From IMG/VR virus record IMGVR_UViG_3300049149_000013, positions 2,647 through 66,646 of that record: a DNA stretch of 64,000 bases. One strand, given 5' to 3'. Below are positions 28,773-38,773 of this stretch, piece by piece (the stretch's first letter is position 1; every line of letters begins with the position of its first letter). The translations under genes and the position numbers were made by a program. The DNA is from a virus. Under the pieces are notes generated by a model that was given only the letters and a program-made list of their open reading frames with translations, did not search any database and was not told where the DNA came from.

Positions 28773-29414
28773 TTAGTAGGCGACTTGACTCGCTACGTCC
28801 TGATGCATTGAGATCTGCACCTGAACAATAGTAAACGCATCGCCTGGCAGGTTATCGATCCTCTGAGAGAAGCCCACGATACGAAGCTGGTTAGTGCTCG
28901 TTTGAGTAAGCGAGCCGCCAGTCGTCACATCGAGAGAGACCGTGGAGAAACCAGTGGTCGTATTCCCGTTACCCGTAAGGTTGGTTGAGATCGATGCCTG
29001 TCCACCAAGCGCAGTTGCAGCAACCGAGCCGCTTGCCTGGATTTCATAGATAATCCAAGCGTCACGAGTCGCCCAGCCGACGATTGTCGTAGCAACGGTA
29101 CTTGCAGGCCAGAAATTACTGACCGTGCGGCGACCAGTCGCCGTAAGGGTAAACTCGCAACCCTGGAAAGCACCCAGGATGCGGTTAACTGCCGCGCCTG
29201 CGCCAGCCGCTCCGAGAGCGGTAGCCAGGAGCAAATTGCCCGAAGGAGTACCTGTATCTATCTGAACCGGGCTGTTCATAAAGATATTGAAGGCTGCGCC
29301 GCTGGCAATCGTAATGCCGCCGAACGGTTGTGGGCCTCCACTTACTGAGGGACGTACGGTTCCAGACGGATGAAGGCACGGCTGGAGACCGAAGGGTGCA
29401 GCAGTTGCGGACAT
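28773..29414 (-). CDS. Capsid-associated (cement/decoration) protein
   Basis: APFGLQP start and GAFQGCEF; immediately upstream of MCP. Confidence 0.65.
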   Translation of the reverse strand: MSATAAPFGLQPCLHPSGTVRPSVSGGPQPFGGITIASGAAFNIFMNSPVQIDTGTPSGNLLLATALGAAGAGAAVNRILGAFQGCEFTLTATGRRTVSNFWPASTVATTIVGWATRDAWIIYEIQASGSVAATALGGQASISTNLTGNGNTTTGFSTVSLDVTTGGSLTQTSTNQLRIVGFSQRIDNLPGDAFTIVQVQISMHQDVASQVAY

Positions 29415-29452
29415 TGAATACTCCAAAAGAGAGCTTCATTGCCGCGATCTCC

Positions 29453-30025
29453 CTAACCCACCTCTTGTTCGATGAAGCTGGGAAGCTCGCGGGCCTGTCC
29501 CAGTTCCTGCGTGCCCTGCTCGATGAGCGGACCTTTCATACGACCACCACGACGTGCTGACTGAGCAGCCTCTTCTGCGGCCCTCTGTGCAGCAGCATAT
29601 ATCGCTTCCTCTTCAGCGAGGGGCTGACGATAATGTACTTCCTGCATAAAGGCTTCGTAGAGATGAAGTGGTAGCTTTGCGGCTATCATCTCATTTACGC
29701 TGATTACGCCCGGAAACTCTGCACTCTTAGAAGCCATCGCCTCAAAGCCGGGGATTTCATGAGCTTGGATCAGCTCGTAACCCAGGCGGAGACGCCCATG
29801 GATCGGATCGCGTGAATTCTGAGTCGTTAACCAACATACGTGGTAGCCCTCGATCCTTGGAAGATCAGGCAACGCAGACTGGAAGAATGTTCGACGCAGC
29901 ATGTCAACGCGCTCAGCATCCGTATACTCCCGTCTCTGGGTAATCGGGCGGTCATTCGACTCGCGTCCCCCACGGGATTCCGAAAGCTTTCGTACACGCT
30001 TGATAGGTTTTCTTAGTTCAGACAT
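29453..30025 (-). CDS. Conserved head-module protein
   Basis: LPDLPRIEGYHVCWL...LGYE pattern; between scaffold and capsid genes. Confidence 0.65.
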   Translation of the reverse strand: MSELRKPIKRVRKLSESRGGRESNDRPITQRREYTDAERVDMLRRTFFQSALPDLPRIEGYHVCWLTTQNSRDPIHGRLRLGYELIQAHEIPGFEAMASKSAEFPGVISVNEMIAAKLPLHLYEAFMQEVHYRQPLAEEEAIYAAAQRAAEEAAQSARRGGRMKGPLIEQGTQELGQARELPSFIEQEVG

Positions 30026-30051
30026 TCTCAGCTACTCCTTTCGAGTGCTCT

Positions 30052-31023
30052 CTAGTGACGACGGTTCTCTCGGTCGTACTTCTGATATTGCTTCAGAAAC
30101 TTATCCCGAAGAACAGGGTCATCCCAGACTCCGGCTTTAATCAACGCCTCCTTACGGTCGGCATCAATATAGACTTCATTCTTGCGCAGCGGTCTCTCAC
30201 GACCACCGACTCTTACCTGAGGACCCCGGGATCGGCGCTCTTCACGTTCGCCTTCATCCCCTTCCTCTTCACGAGTATTCCGCTGCCCGTTACCAAACCG
30301 ATGAGGCATATACTTTCTTAGCCTCTCATCCAGTTCGTCCCAGTAATCTTCATTACGGGCATCGAAATTACCTTCATTCCAAAGCTGATCTTCTACCGCT
30401 TTTGCTACCCGTGAATCCGCATTACGCAGATTCGTATCATACCAAGAATGGCGTTCTGCCCACTCGCGCGCTCTCGCCTGGATCGCAGGATCAACCGAAG
30501 GCATAGTGCGTACTGTCTGAGCAGCTAGCGTCCTCTGGTTCTTCACGTTTTGCAGGGTGTAGAGTCCTGCCCGAAGGTCGTTAGCTATCCGGTCGGCTTC
30601 AGCTGCCGACTTCCCATCGGATTTATCGATAGCCATCGCCTTGATTCGCTCGGCCTCCCGAATCTGGGAGTCAAGTTCCGCAATCTTATTATCTATCAGT
30701 ACCATTTCTCCGTTAGCTACCCGAGAGTCCAGCTCCGACTGGCGGCGCTCTAACTGCTCGTTTCGCTGGCGAAGGAAGTTCAACTCCAACCGGTCACGGT
30801 TCCGGTTTTCCTTCTTACGTGCTTTTTCAGCCCGCCGTCGGCGACGGATGACCTCTCGTTCATCCTCCTCGCCTTCCTCGGCTTGGCCTAATCGTTCCTC
30901 TTCCTCTTGATCCTCCGGTTCACCGCCTTCGGCTAGATCCTCGGCGCGTTCCTCGGACTCTTCACGCACATCTTCGTCAGCACCAGGGCCGACTGGGATG
31001 ATTTCATCTTTCTCTGCGGCCAT
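30052..31023 (-). CDS. Capsid scaffolding protein
   Basis: Acidic N-terminus, coiled coil, WAERHSWY and YWDELDERL; lies between portal and MCP. Confidence 0.75.
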   Translation of the reverse strand: MAAEKDEIIPVGPGADEDVREESEERAEDLAEGGEPEDQEEEERLGQAEEGEEDEREVIRRRRRAEKARKKENRNRDRLELNFLRQRNEQLERRQSELDSRVANGEMVLIDNKIAELDSQIREAERIKAMAIDKSDGKSAAEADRIANDLRAGLYTLQNVKNQRTLAAQTVRTMPSVDPAIQARAREWAERHSWYDTNLRNADSRVAKAVEDQLWNEGNFDARNEDYWDELDERLRKYMPHRFGNGQRNTREEEGDEGEREERRSRGPQVRVGGRERPLRKNEVYIDADRKEALIKAGVWDDPVLRDKFLKQYQKYDRENRRH

Positions 31024-31042
31024 TGCAACCTCTTATCAGGGG

Positions 31043-31558
31043 TTAGATATAGGCAACCATTTCAAGTGCCTTATCTTCAGGCACCTTACCCTTTAGTTCC
31101 ATATCGTTGAAGAGAACGAACAGAGCTTTCCCATCGTCATGATCGGCATCGACCCACCATCTGTCTCCACCGTACTTGGGCACGCGCACGTAATCGCCAA
31201 CCTGGCACCACTGACCCTCCGGCCATGGCTTCAAAGTTTCGCGATTACAAAAGCAGACCGGACCAAAGGCGATAACTTTCGCCACTTGCATGTTCCATTG
31301 GTCTGTTTCGCGTGATTCCTCAACCAGCGCGATGCCACCCGCTGAGTGCGTCGGGGGCGTCTTAAGCTGAACGAGTACGTCGGAGCCGAAGGGTACGAGA
31401 CCAGGATCAGCTTTTGGGAAAGCCTGTTCCAAGGAATCGTACTTGTACGCAGCTTTCCTGAAAATTCCCTCGGTCTTACCTCCTACTGTGGCAAGACGGT
31501 CGCGGCTAACGCCTCGGTCGCGAGGTGGTTCCAGTTTGTGCGGCAAGCTTCGATCCAT
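31043..31558 (-). CDS. groES: GroES-like co-chaperonin
   Basis: PFGSDVLV...SAGGIAL...AKVIAFGP...WCQVGDYV..PKYGG. Confidence 0.85.
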   Translation of the reverse strand: MDRSLPHKLEPPRDRGVSRDRLATVGGKTEGIFRKAAYKYDSLEQAFPKADPGLVPFGSDVLVQLKTPPTHSAGGIALVEESRETDQWNMQVAKVIAFGPVCFCNRETLKPWPEGQWCQVGDYVRVPKYGGDRWWVDADHDDGKALFVLFNDMELKGKVPEDKALEMVAYI

Positions 31559-31748
31559 TCTCAAACTCCTCTTGTGCGGTTATCTCATCATTTAACAAGC
31601 GTTCGGCCATTTCTAAGCCTTGAACTACGCCGCAGGCTAATCCATAACCGTACGCTGATTGGCTCCTCTTATGCGGACTCAGTGCTTCAAGTGCATATTG
31701 CACTCTCAGCTCTTTCAGCTGGGACAGGAACCTATCTGGGGTGGGCAT
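31506..31748 (-). CDS. Hypothetical phage protein
   Basis: YG..CG..QGL..A motif, often seen just upstream of phage groES. Confidence 0.65.
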   Translation of the reverse strand: MPTPDRFLSQLKELRVQYALEALSPHKRSQSAYGYGLACGVVQGLEMAERLLNDEITAQEEFENGSKLAAQTGTTSRPRR

Positions 31749-31799
31749 AGTACGCTACTCCGGGGGGCTGCGCAAATTTCTGTCTAGCCTACGTTACAG

Positions 31800-32144
31800 C
31801 TAGAAGTTCCTTTTCCGCCCATGGGTAGGGTGTCCGCCGTGCCCGCCGTCGTGCTCCGAGGGGTGGTGATGGTGCATATGCTTATGCCCCCCGTGATGAT
31901 GCTCTGGATGATGCACTGGCGTATGATGATGCCCATGCTCTCCGTGATGCTGCGATCCCTCCTTCTCCGGATCAGTCGTATGACTATGGTCGTCGTAGTG
32001 TGCACCATGCCCCGGATGAATATGACCACCCTCATATTCCCGGTTACGGGTCGCAGACTTACCTATGGTCTCGCTAAACTCCTCATATGGACTCCTACCT
32101 TGGGCCATATTCTGGTGTTTAGTCATAATTGGCTCACCACTCAT
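31800..32144 (-). CDS. His-rich small protein
   Basis: GGAGGTGAG RBS; C-terminal half dominated by His. Confidence 0.65.
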   Translation of the reverse strand: MSGEPIMTKHQNMAQGRSPYEEFSETIGKSATRNREYEGGHIHPGHGAHYDDHSHTTDPEKEGSQHHGEHGHHHTPVHHPEHHHGGHKHMHHHHPSEHDGGHGGHPTHGRKRNF

Positions 32145-32154
32145 AACTCACCTC

Positions 32155-32379
32155 CTATCGTGTAATATGCTTAACTGCCCACATAACCGCCTCTTCCATC
32201 TTCGTAATAGCAAGGGAGAGTTCCCGTGACCTCCCTACGTCATTACAGAAGTTAACGAAGTCAACTCCAATATCCTTTATCCCCTTCATCTGAAGCTTTT
32301 CCTCATCGGAAAGGATACGGTATTCATGCCTCATTACGTTATTCGCAGTACGGTCATCCGAAGTTGCATCAATTGCCAC
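32155..32379 (-). CDS. Acb2/Tad1-like cyclic-nucleotide sponge (anti-defence) protein
   Basis: YRILSDEEKLQMKGIKDIG..F and SRELSLAITKMEEAVMWA; GTG start after GGAGG. Confidence 0.65.
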   Translation of the reverse strand: MAIDATSDDRTANNVMRHEYRILSDEEKLQMKGIKDIGVDFVNFCNDVGRSRELSLAITKMEEAVMWAVKHITR

Positions 32380-32656
32380 TTGTATCCTCCGGTTGAGTCT
32401 CTTTAGGTTCAGGCGGGGTCTTACCGAATAGATGGTCATGCACATCGGCCAGGACTGCCATGAACTCCTTACCGTGACGCTTCTCGATCAACCGAATACG
32501 CTCGCCTAGGTCCTCGTTTTCGGGAACACTCTCAACGGGAGCCGATTCAGTAGGTGGAGAAGCTTCGCCCGAAGTCTCTGACGATGTCTCCTCAACTGGT
32601 GCTTCCTCCTGGCCTTCTTCACGATGCTGTCCATGACGATGCGGATGCTTAGCCAT
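32369..32656 (-). CDS. Hypothetical acidic protein
   Basis: Coupled to the portal stop; AGGAGG RBS. Confidence 0.6.
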   Translation of the reverse strand: MAKHPHRHGQHREEGQEEAPVEETSSETSGEASPPTESAPVESVPENEDLGERIRLIEKRHGKEFMAVLADVHDHLFGKTPPEPKETQPEDTSGN

Positions 32657-35274
32657 TAGCCTATTCCTCCTGCTTCGGGACCGTGGTGCCCCATAAGGCC
32701 GGTCCCGGTTGATATATTAGTCGAGTGCCCTGTGTCGATCTTAGCGGCGGCAATTTCCAGGGCGGTAGCATTGTCCTCCGCATTAATCCGCTCGTGAGCG
32801 GCTATCTCTTGCTGAGTGCGGGCCGTCTCACCCGCCTGCTCGACTTGAGTCTGTTGCAGATCCGTAGCGTTATCCTGCTGGGTCTTCTTACCCTGCGCAT
32901 CAGTTTGCATACCTGCGATCTTCTCGCGGCTCTGATCGGTAGCTGCCTGAGCCTGTGCGCGCTTATCAGCAACGGCAAGGGCAGTCGGATCGGGCTGCTG
33001 TTGCGGCTGCTGCATGCTCTTAAGCTGTTGCATAGCCTGCTGAATAATCTGCGGGATTTGCTGAAATGCTTGGCCCGCAGCCTGCACAACTGTCTTCGAG
33101 GCAGCGGCTAAAGTCTTATCCATCTCAAGGCCAACTTCTTTATTCTTATGATGTATGCGCGCGATCTTGCCGGTATCTGCCCCGGTAGCCTTAGAGGTAA
33201 CGTCAACCATATGGGTTACATACCAATAAAGGATGTGCTCGCTAAGGTGCTGCACAGCCGGGCCTAGGAACCTATTAGCTATCGTAGGCAGCCCACCTAG
33301 CACTGGGGACTGCATAAAATCCAGTAATACCTGGACGTGCGCCAGGTGATCCTGTTCCGGATAAGCGGCGACCGGCCTACCGAGACTCATGGCGACGTTT
33401 TCGTTCACCTGATTCATCTCGGTAATCTGCGGCAGCGGCTTCAGAAGCTGAACCGCATTCGGCAGCTTAGTCCTCTGAAGTATCAGCTCCTCGACCTTAT
33501 GAGCATCGTACAGTTCCGGGTGCATATCCGACCGCTGCTGTACAATCTGAAGCTGTGCGAAACGCTGAACGTCGGAGAAGACTTCAGGATCGGAAACCGG
33601 GACGACATCGACCGGCCCTTCATAATCGGTCCGGTACGCGAGTTGTTCTCCTGCCTCATCACGAATTTCATCATCAGTAATATAGAGTCGGTTAATGCGA
33701 TGCAGAACGCCAATCAGACGATCCATCGCATGATGTAATCTCTTATGGATAGCCGATAGGACTTTCAGACCTTGCTCGATTAGAGCCAGGGTCGTCCCAA
33801 CCGGCATATTGGGTGCGCCGTCCTGGGAGAGATTCTCAAACGTCGTGCGTACAAGTTCCTCTCCTTGATCCGTACACCAGCCGAGCAACTGGTAAAGCAT
33901 CTGGCTCGGCGGATTAAACGGCAGGGGCATGACAACCTCTCGTATGTCCTTAGCACCTACCCCTCCTTCGATCTCAGTCAGTTGACCGATATTCAAGCCA
34001 AGCGTTTGGCCGGCCATGCCGGACCCTTTAAGCTTTAATCCCGTCTGGAGATTATTAACCAGAGCAGCATCAAGCAAAGCCCTAAGACTGCCAGTACCAG
34101 CGCCGGCCAAGGACCCCGCAAGATGGATAAGACCGACACTTTGCGCACCCTCCCAAGGTAGGAACTCAAAGTCTACGATCCAGCACATATTCTGATGAAG
34201 CTCGTCGTCCTCCTCCCAGTTACGGGTTATCCGCATTATCTGATGCGAGTGTGCATCCAGCTCGATAAGGTATGGAAGCGGAATGTCCGCATCTTCCTCA
34301 ACGTCTTCCATCTTCGGACGGTCGCCCGCAATCTTAATGTCATCCGCGTCCTCGATGACCGCCAATGCCTCAACGATGTAGATTGTTCTATTACCATCCT
34401 TGTTATAGGTATCGCGATCAACGCCCTGCACCTTGTCCTGGGCTTTTTCCGCCTCGGTCTCTTCGCCTTGGCGTTGAGCAGGTGGAGATATAGAAGTCGG
34501 TTTGATGTAGTATCCTGTGCGTACGCGATTATCAAACTCCGCCTGAGTGATCGAGGTACGCACCGTACGGCGCTCAGCTGAATAGAAGTCACCTGCGCCC
34601 TCCGGGATGTAAACATCATCCAAAGAGAAGAAACAGGGAACGGGACGCTTCTGGACCGAGTCAAAGACCAGGCGCATATACTGCGAGCCACCGAGTGGCT
34701 GCTGGCTGAGCAACTTCTCTAGCTGATTACGAAACTCGGGCATCTGGCGCTTAAACTGCCAGTTCATATGCTCGCACTTGCGCCGCGCCTTCTCTACCCT
34801 CGCCGGTGTAACCTTGCCTACGATATCATCCTTAACCGGACCACCAGGAGGGAAGAGTTCACCAATCGTATGCGACTGATAGTAAACCGTCGCCTTTGAC
34901 ATCATCGGATGAACTGCTTCAGACGCTCCAACGAATGCAGCGCCTCCAGGCGCTTCATCCCCAAGTCCTGTTCGCTTAATTCCTTCGGCATACTTGTCAT
35001 CGCGGTCTTTTCGGGCATCTTTATCCCGCTCGATGTATTCGAGGAGGTCGATTCCCAGGGTGGAGATTTGCCCTGTATCGAGTTCCTCAACAAGGTTGCG
35101 GTAAAACTCGTCCTCATCAGCAGTCTTACTGTCGTCCTTATCAGGGTGGATTTGGATGATTGCTCCGCCATCGTCGGTATCCTCTGGAGGCAGATGCTCA
35201 TTGGTAACTTTATCAGAGAGGGTAGGCGTATCCTCTCGATCATCATCAAAAAGCTTACTAGGATTGGCGGCCAT
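32656..35274 (-). CDS. Portal protein
   Basis: 872 aa directly after TerL; ELFPPGGPVK, PLPFNPPS, PVGTTLALIEQG and PVSDP motifs. Confidence 0.9.
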   Translation of the reverse strand: MAANPSKLFDDDREDTPTLSDKVTNEHLPPEDTDDGGAIIQIHPDKDDSKTADEDEFYRNLVEELDTGQISTLGIDLLEYIERDKDARKDRDDKYAEGIKRTGLGDEAPGGAAFVGASEAVHPMMSKATVYYQSHTIGELFPPGGPVKDDIVGKVTPARVEKARRKCEHMNWQFKRQMPEFRNQLEKLLSQQPLGGSQYMRLVFDSVQKRPVPCFFSLDDVYIPEGAGDFYSAERRTVRTSITQAEFDNRVRTGYYIKPTSISPPAQRQGEETEAEKAQDKVQGVDRDTYNKDGNRTIYIVEALAVIEDADDIKIAGDRPKMEDVEEDADIPLPYLIELDAHSHQIMRITRNWEEDDELHQNMCWIVDFEFLPWEGAQSVGLIHLAGSLAGAGTGSLRALLDAALVNNLQTGLKLKGSGMAGQTLGLNIGQLTEIEGGVGAKDIREVVMPLPFNPPSQMLYQLLGWCTDQGEELVRTTFENLSQDGAPNMPVGTTLALIEQGLKVLSAIHKRLHHAMDRLIGVLHRINRLYITDDEIRDEAGEQLAYRTDYEGPVDVVPVSDPEVFSDVQRFAQLQIVQQRSDMHPELYDAHKVEELILQRTKLPNAVQLLKPLPQITEMNQVNENVAMSLGRPVAAYPEQDHLAHVQVLLDFMQSPVLGGLPTIANRFLGPAVQHLSEHILYWYVTHMVDVTSKATGADTGKIARIHHKNKEVGLEMDKTLAAASKTVVQAAGQAFQQIPQIIQQAMQQLKSMQQPQQQPDPTALAVADKRAQAQAATDQSREKIAGMQTDAQGKKTQQDNATDLQQTQVEQAGETARTQQEIAAHERINAEDNATALEIAAAKIDTGHSTNISTGTGLMGHHGPEAGGIG

Positions 35275-35280
35275 ATATCC

Positions 35281-35511
35281 TCACATCGCAGGTCCCTGAT
35301 ACTGACCGCACCAGTCATCGCCGTGCACACCAGGCCAATGCGATTGACCATTCGGTTGTCTAATTGGAGGGTAGAACTTGCAACAGTTCATAGTGCTAGT
35401 ACCCTCGACACCAATGAAAACGCAGGTAAGACAGGAACGTCCCCGGGGGTTATCAGGAATCTGAGTATCTTGTTTCGGGGCAGCTTCTTCAGTAGGAAAG
35501 TTTACGCTCAT
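35281..35511 (-). CDS. Small Cys-rich metal-binding protein
   Basis: CxxC...C...PP...WP....DDWCGQY. Confidence 0.6.
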   Translation of the reverse strand: MSVNFPTEEAAPKQDTQIPDNPRGRSCLTCVFIGVEGTSTMNCCKFYPPIRQPNGQSHWPGVHGDDWCGQYQGPAM

Positions 35512-37034
35512 CGACCTCTCCCATCGTATGGATTACGGCGATGTCTAGAGTGCAGCTTATCAAGTGCTTTCTGACTTGCGACTTGAGGATCGTCACGCAC
35601 AGTAAACTTCATATCGAAACGGTGCATTAGCCATATCCAGGCTTGCGTTGCCGAATCGAGCAAGTCGTCATGAATCAGACTCCCCTCACCAACGTACGTA
35701 CATACCTGCGAAATCAACGGGTCTGCCCAATTCCGTGGCTCCCCCTTTACCTTTAGACTCTCTACTGCCCAGACTCTACCGTGCGGGAAGAGTGGGGAGC
35801 AGGCATGCAACCTGCTGAGTTTGTCCATCCCCTCCGGATTATAGCTCTCTGTGAGGATCTCTTCTACTGCCAATTGTTGCCGCAGAGAAATACCTGATCC
35901 TTTGTCTTCGAGGAGTATGAGATCCACAGGGCGACCTTGGTGCCGGGGACGTTGCATCTTATCGATGAGCGGGCGCAGGACCGGTTCATCTTGGTCGCCA
36001 TACGTATAGTTTCTCTCAATCTTAACTCGCTTGATAAGGGCTGGAAAGCCCAAATAGTCCTCCCACGCATCGAGCAGCATGATATGATCCGTGCGTTCGT
36101 AGGTAAAGATACCCCAAACCGAGCACGCAGTCGGATCACCGGTCTGTTCCTTCTTATCCCATTGCTTCTCCGTAAAGGCTGTATCAAGCGACATAACGAT
36201 AAGGCGGAACTTCGGCAGCTTCTTGCTCGCTGGCCAAAGCCGCCACTGCGAACGCTTAACAAAACCAGCCTCCTCCGGATCGAGGATCTCACCATAGAGT
36301 TCCTGCCGCCCGACAGCAGTACCCTCGTATTTAGCCACGTTCTCGAAAAAGGTACGTGGTAGATTATCCCGGTTCTCATAGGTACTGCCGTTGATTACGA
36401 TTGATCGCGGCAGTTTGACCAGATTCCGTATAAACGGTTTAGGCTTCGGGGTACCGGTCCAGAATATCTGTGGGTGAGGCCCGAGTCGCAGACCCATAAT
36501 AAGGTTGTCCCAAGCCTTATCAGGATAGCGCCACGAGGCAACTTCGTCGCACCAAGCACGGTGGCACTGCGGGCCTCGTAAACGCTCAGGTGTATCCGCC
36601 GAGAAGCCCTGGATGAGTGATTCGTTCCAGAGACAAATAACGAGAGGAGATTTCGTGTGCCATTTGATGAGGCTAGGAGGGATGATAGGGTACGTCCTAT
36701 TGGTGACTTTATCATAGAAGTTACCATGCAGTCCGGTCGGACCGTAGAAACAGACCTTATTCAAATCCTCGTGGGTAGGAGCAATCACGAAGTTATAACT
36801 CCCGGGATCGCGCGCTGCATTCTGCCATAGCCACTGGACCGCTGCTAAGGTCTTGCCAAATCCTCGCCCCGACTTAACACCATAAAAATCCCAATCCCGA
36901 TCTACGGGTGGCACCTGTTTCTTGCGTGCTACCCGCTTCCATAAAAGTTGAGATCGCAGGAGGTTAAGGTCATGATCAGTAAAGTGCTCTAGCTGAGCAC
37001 GCAGCTTTACTGGATCTTTGACAAAGTCTAACAT
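35508..37034 (-). CDS. terL: Terminase large subunit
   Basis: GRGFGKT Walker A, LRGPQ..WCDE Walker B, GSTYEN, and RNase H-like nuclease motifs (SLDTA, HDDLLD). Confidence 0.95.
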   Translation of the reverse strand: MLDFVKDPVKLRAQLEHFTDHDLNLLRSQLLWKRVARKKQVPPVDRDWDFYGVKSGRGFGKTLAAVQWLWQNAARDPGSYNFVIAPTHEDLNKVCFYGPTGLHGNFYDKVTNRTYPIIPPSLIKWHTKSPLVICLWNESLIQGFSADTPERLRGPQCHRAWCDEVASWRYPDKAWDNLIMGLRLGPHPQIFWTGTPKPKPFIRNLVKLPRSIVINGSTYENRDNLPRTFFENVAKYEGTAVGRQELYGEILDPEEAGFVKRSQWRLWPASKKLPKFRLIVMSLDTAFTEKQWDKKEQTGDPTACSVWGIFTYERTDHIMLLDAWEDYLGFPALIKRVKIERNYTYGDQDEPVLRPLIDKMQRPRHQGRPVDLILLEDKGSGISLRQQLAVEEILTESYNPEGMDKLSRLHACSPLFPHGRVWAVESLKVKGEPRNWADPLISQVCTYVGEGSLIHDDLLDSATQAWIWLMHRFDMKFTVRDDPQVASQKALDKLHSRHRRNPYDGRGR

Positions 37035-37036
37035 GC

Positions 37037-37075
37037 AAAATAAAAGCCGGATGAGAAGGGGGTCCCACCCGGCTT
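37037..37075 (-). terminator. Terminator-like hairpin immediately upstream of terL
   Basis: Minus strand AAGCCGGGTGGGA...TCTCATCCGGCTT followed by TTATTTT. Confidence 0.55.
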
Positions 37076-37146
37076 AACCTAAGAGGTCAATGCAGTCAGA
37101 CTCTCTAGCAATCGACACTTTAGCCTACCTCGCGACCTAATGCAAG

Positions 37147-37743
37147 TCAGTTAACCACGATATCGACATACGCAACAGCGGCTTGGGCAGCAGTCATATT
37201 TGGGGGCGGGGTTGCGCATCCCGGGCCAGAGGGTATCCCGCCCGCACCGGCACCTTGGGTCGGCGGGGCGACAGGTTTGAAACCCTCGGTTGTCCAAGTC
37301 ATCATTCCGTCCTTGATTCGAGCCATCATCTCGGCAATAGTCATCGATGGCTCCTGCGAGAGCACGAAGCATGCTCCCAGCCGCAGCAGTGCCCGGGTTG
37401 TATAGCCAAAGTAAACCGTATCGGATAGTAGATGACAGCATGCACCGTTACCCGTTGCTGCGAGGATCATATTAACCTGATACAGCTTATAGGTAAGATG
37501 CGAACAGCACGGCTGAATACCACCTAACAGAGTAGTAGGTGAGAACTCCTGCCCGGAAGTAGTCAGACTAGGGACAGAAGCGTACAGGACCGGGGTCCAC
37601 TCCGGAGGCCACGGGTAAGGAGTGACTATCGGATTAGAAACCCATACCGGTGGCGGCGGAGTCGTCGTCTGAGCGAGCGTAGTACCCGTAATCAGCACCC
37701 CCAGCAAGATGGAGAGAATAGGTCTTAGTAGAACGGTCTTCAT
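37147..37743 (-). CDS. Secreted-type Pro/Cys-containing protein
   Basis: GGAGGAGG RBS; signal peptide MKTVLLR...TLA-Q. Confidence 0.6.
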   Translation of the reverse strand: MKTVLLRPILSILLGVLITGTTLAQTTTPPPPVWVSNPIVTPYPWPPEWTPVLYASVPSLTTSGQEFSPTTLLGGIQPCCSHLTYKLYQVNMILAATGNGACCHLLSDTVYFGYTTRALLRLGACFVLSQEPSMTIAEMMARIKDGMMTWTTEGFKPVAPPTQGAGAGGIPSGPGCATPPPNMTAAQAAVAYVDIVVN

Positions 37744-37808
37744 CTGCCTCCTCCGGTTTATCAGTACGATGTCGGGGCAATCCATAACTGCTCCTCGGTG
37801 GAGTAAAG

Positions 37809-38372
37809 TCAGGATAGCGCCCTCTTATCTTTTGGACTATTGGATGCAACATCTTCAGTCCCCCTTTTTTTACGCGGCTTGCGTGGGGGAGACTGCTCTA
37901 CTTCCACCACAGGCGCATTATGACTATCCTTGAGCTGCGCTCTGAGCGTCCGGTTCTCTTGAAGTAACTCTGTAACCTGGTCTGTAAGTTTAGTAACCTG
38001 ATCGAGTAATCGGTCAAACCTCTCCTGGGAAATGCCGGATGATTGCTTTGTCGGGGTAGGCGTAGCCGCCGCAAGTCTCTCCAGATTTGCACGGTTCGGT
38101 GGTTCTTCCTTTTTGTATGGGGCCTTGGAATCAGCGAGACGTGCTCTCTCAGCAATCTCTGCCGAGGAGCGAGCAACCTGCTGATACGGGTGATCCTTGT
38201 CTGTGTTACACGCACGGCACTTTACCCAACCCCAGCGCATTACTGCGCCCAGTAGCGGCATATTAGCAGTTCCCTTGCCAGAAGTAATTATACCAGGGGT
38301 AAAGCCATTGCGACATTCCGGGTTGCGGCAGTCGCCGGTCATCTGTGAATGAATTTGATCTAGTTTACTCAT
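37809..38372 (-). CDS. Zn-finger plus coiled-coil protein
   Basis: CRNPEC and CRAC pairs; leucine-zipper-like segment. Confidence 0.6.
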   Translation of the reverse strand: MSKLDQIHSQMTGDCRNPECRNGFTPGIITSGKGTANMPLLGAVMRWGWVKCRACNTDKDHPYQQVARSSAEIAERARLADSKAPYKKEEPPNRANLERLAAATPTPTKQSSGISQERFDRLLDQVTKLTDQVTELLQENRTLRAQLKDSHNAPVVEVEQSPPRKPRKKRGTEDVASNSPKDKRALS

Positions 38373-38773
38373 CCGATTACTTCCTTCGCGTTGCGTCCTG
38401 GCATACCTTCGGCAACCATCCAGCGTTCCCAGAAGGTATCGGGAAGCTTCGGTGTCGTATCAAAGCGGCAGGAGAAGCACCAACGCCCAGAGTCCGGATC
38501 GTGGATAAACTCCGGTCGGCGTCGCCACCAGATGATCTTTCGCAGATGTCGATTATCAAAAGCAACCTCCTCCAAATCCTGTAACTCGGAAATTACCAGG
38601 TTTAAAAGAGCCTGACAAGCATCCCGACAATCCTGTTCACTGCCGATATAACGCAACATCTTATAGATAATCTCAACTCGTTGACCGGTGCCATCCGAAT
38701 GCTCGGCTATAGCAAAGCCCGCATACGGAGGTCCATCAATATGGCAAATGCCGTGTTCGTCAACTTCGGTCAT
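38369..38773 (-). CDS. Hypothetical protein
   Basis: 4-bp overlap coupling at both ends. Confidence 0.6.
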   Translation of the reverse strand: MTEVDEHGICHIDGPPYAGFAIAEHSDGTGQRVEIIYKMLRYIGSEQDCRDACQALLNLVISELQDLEEVAFDNRHLRKIIWWRRRPEFIHDPDSGRWCFSCRFDTTPKLPDTFWERWMVAEGMPGRNAKEVIG

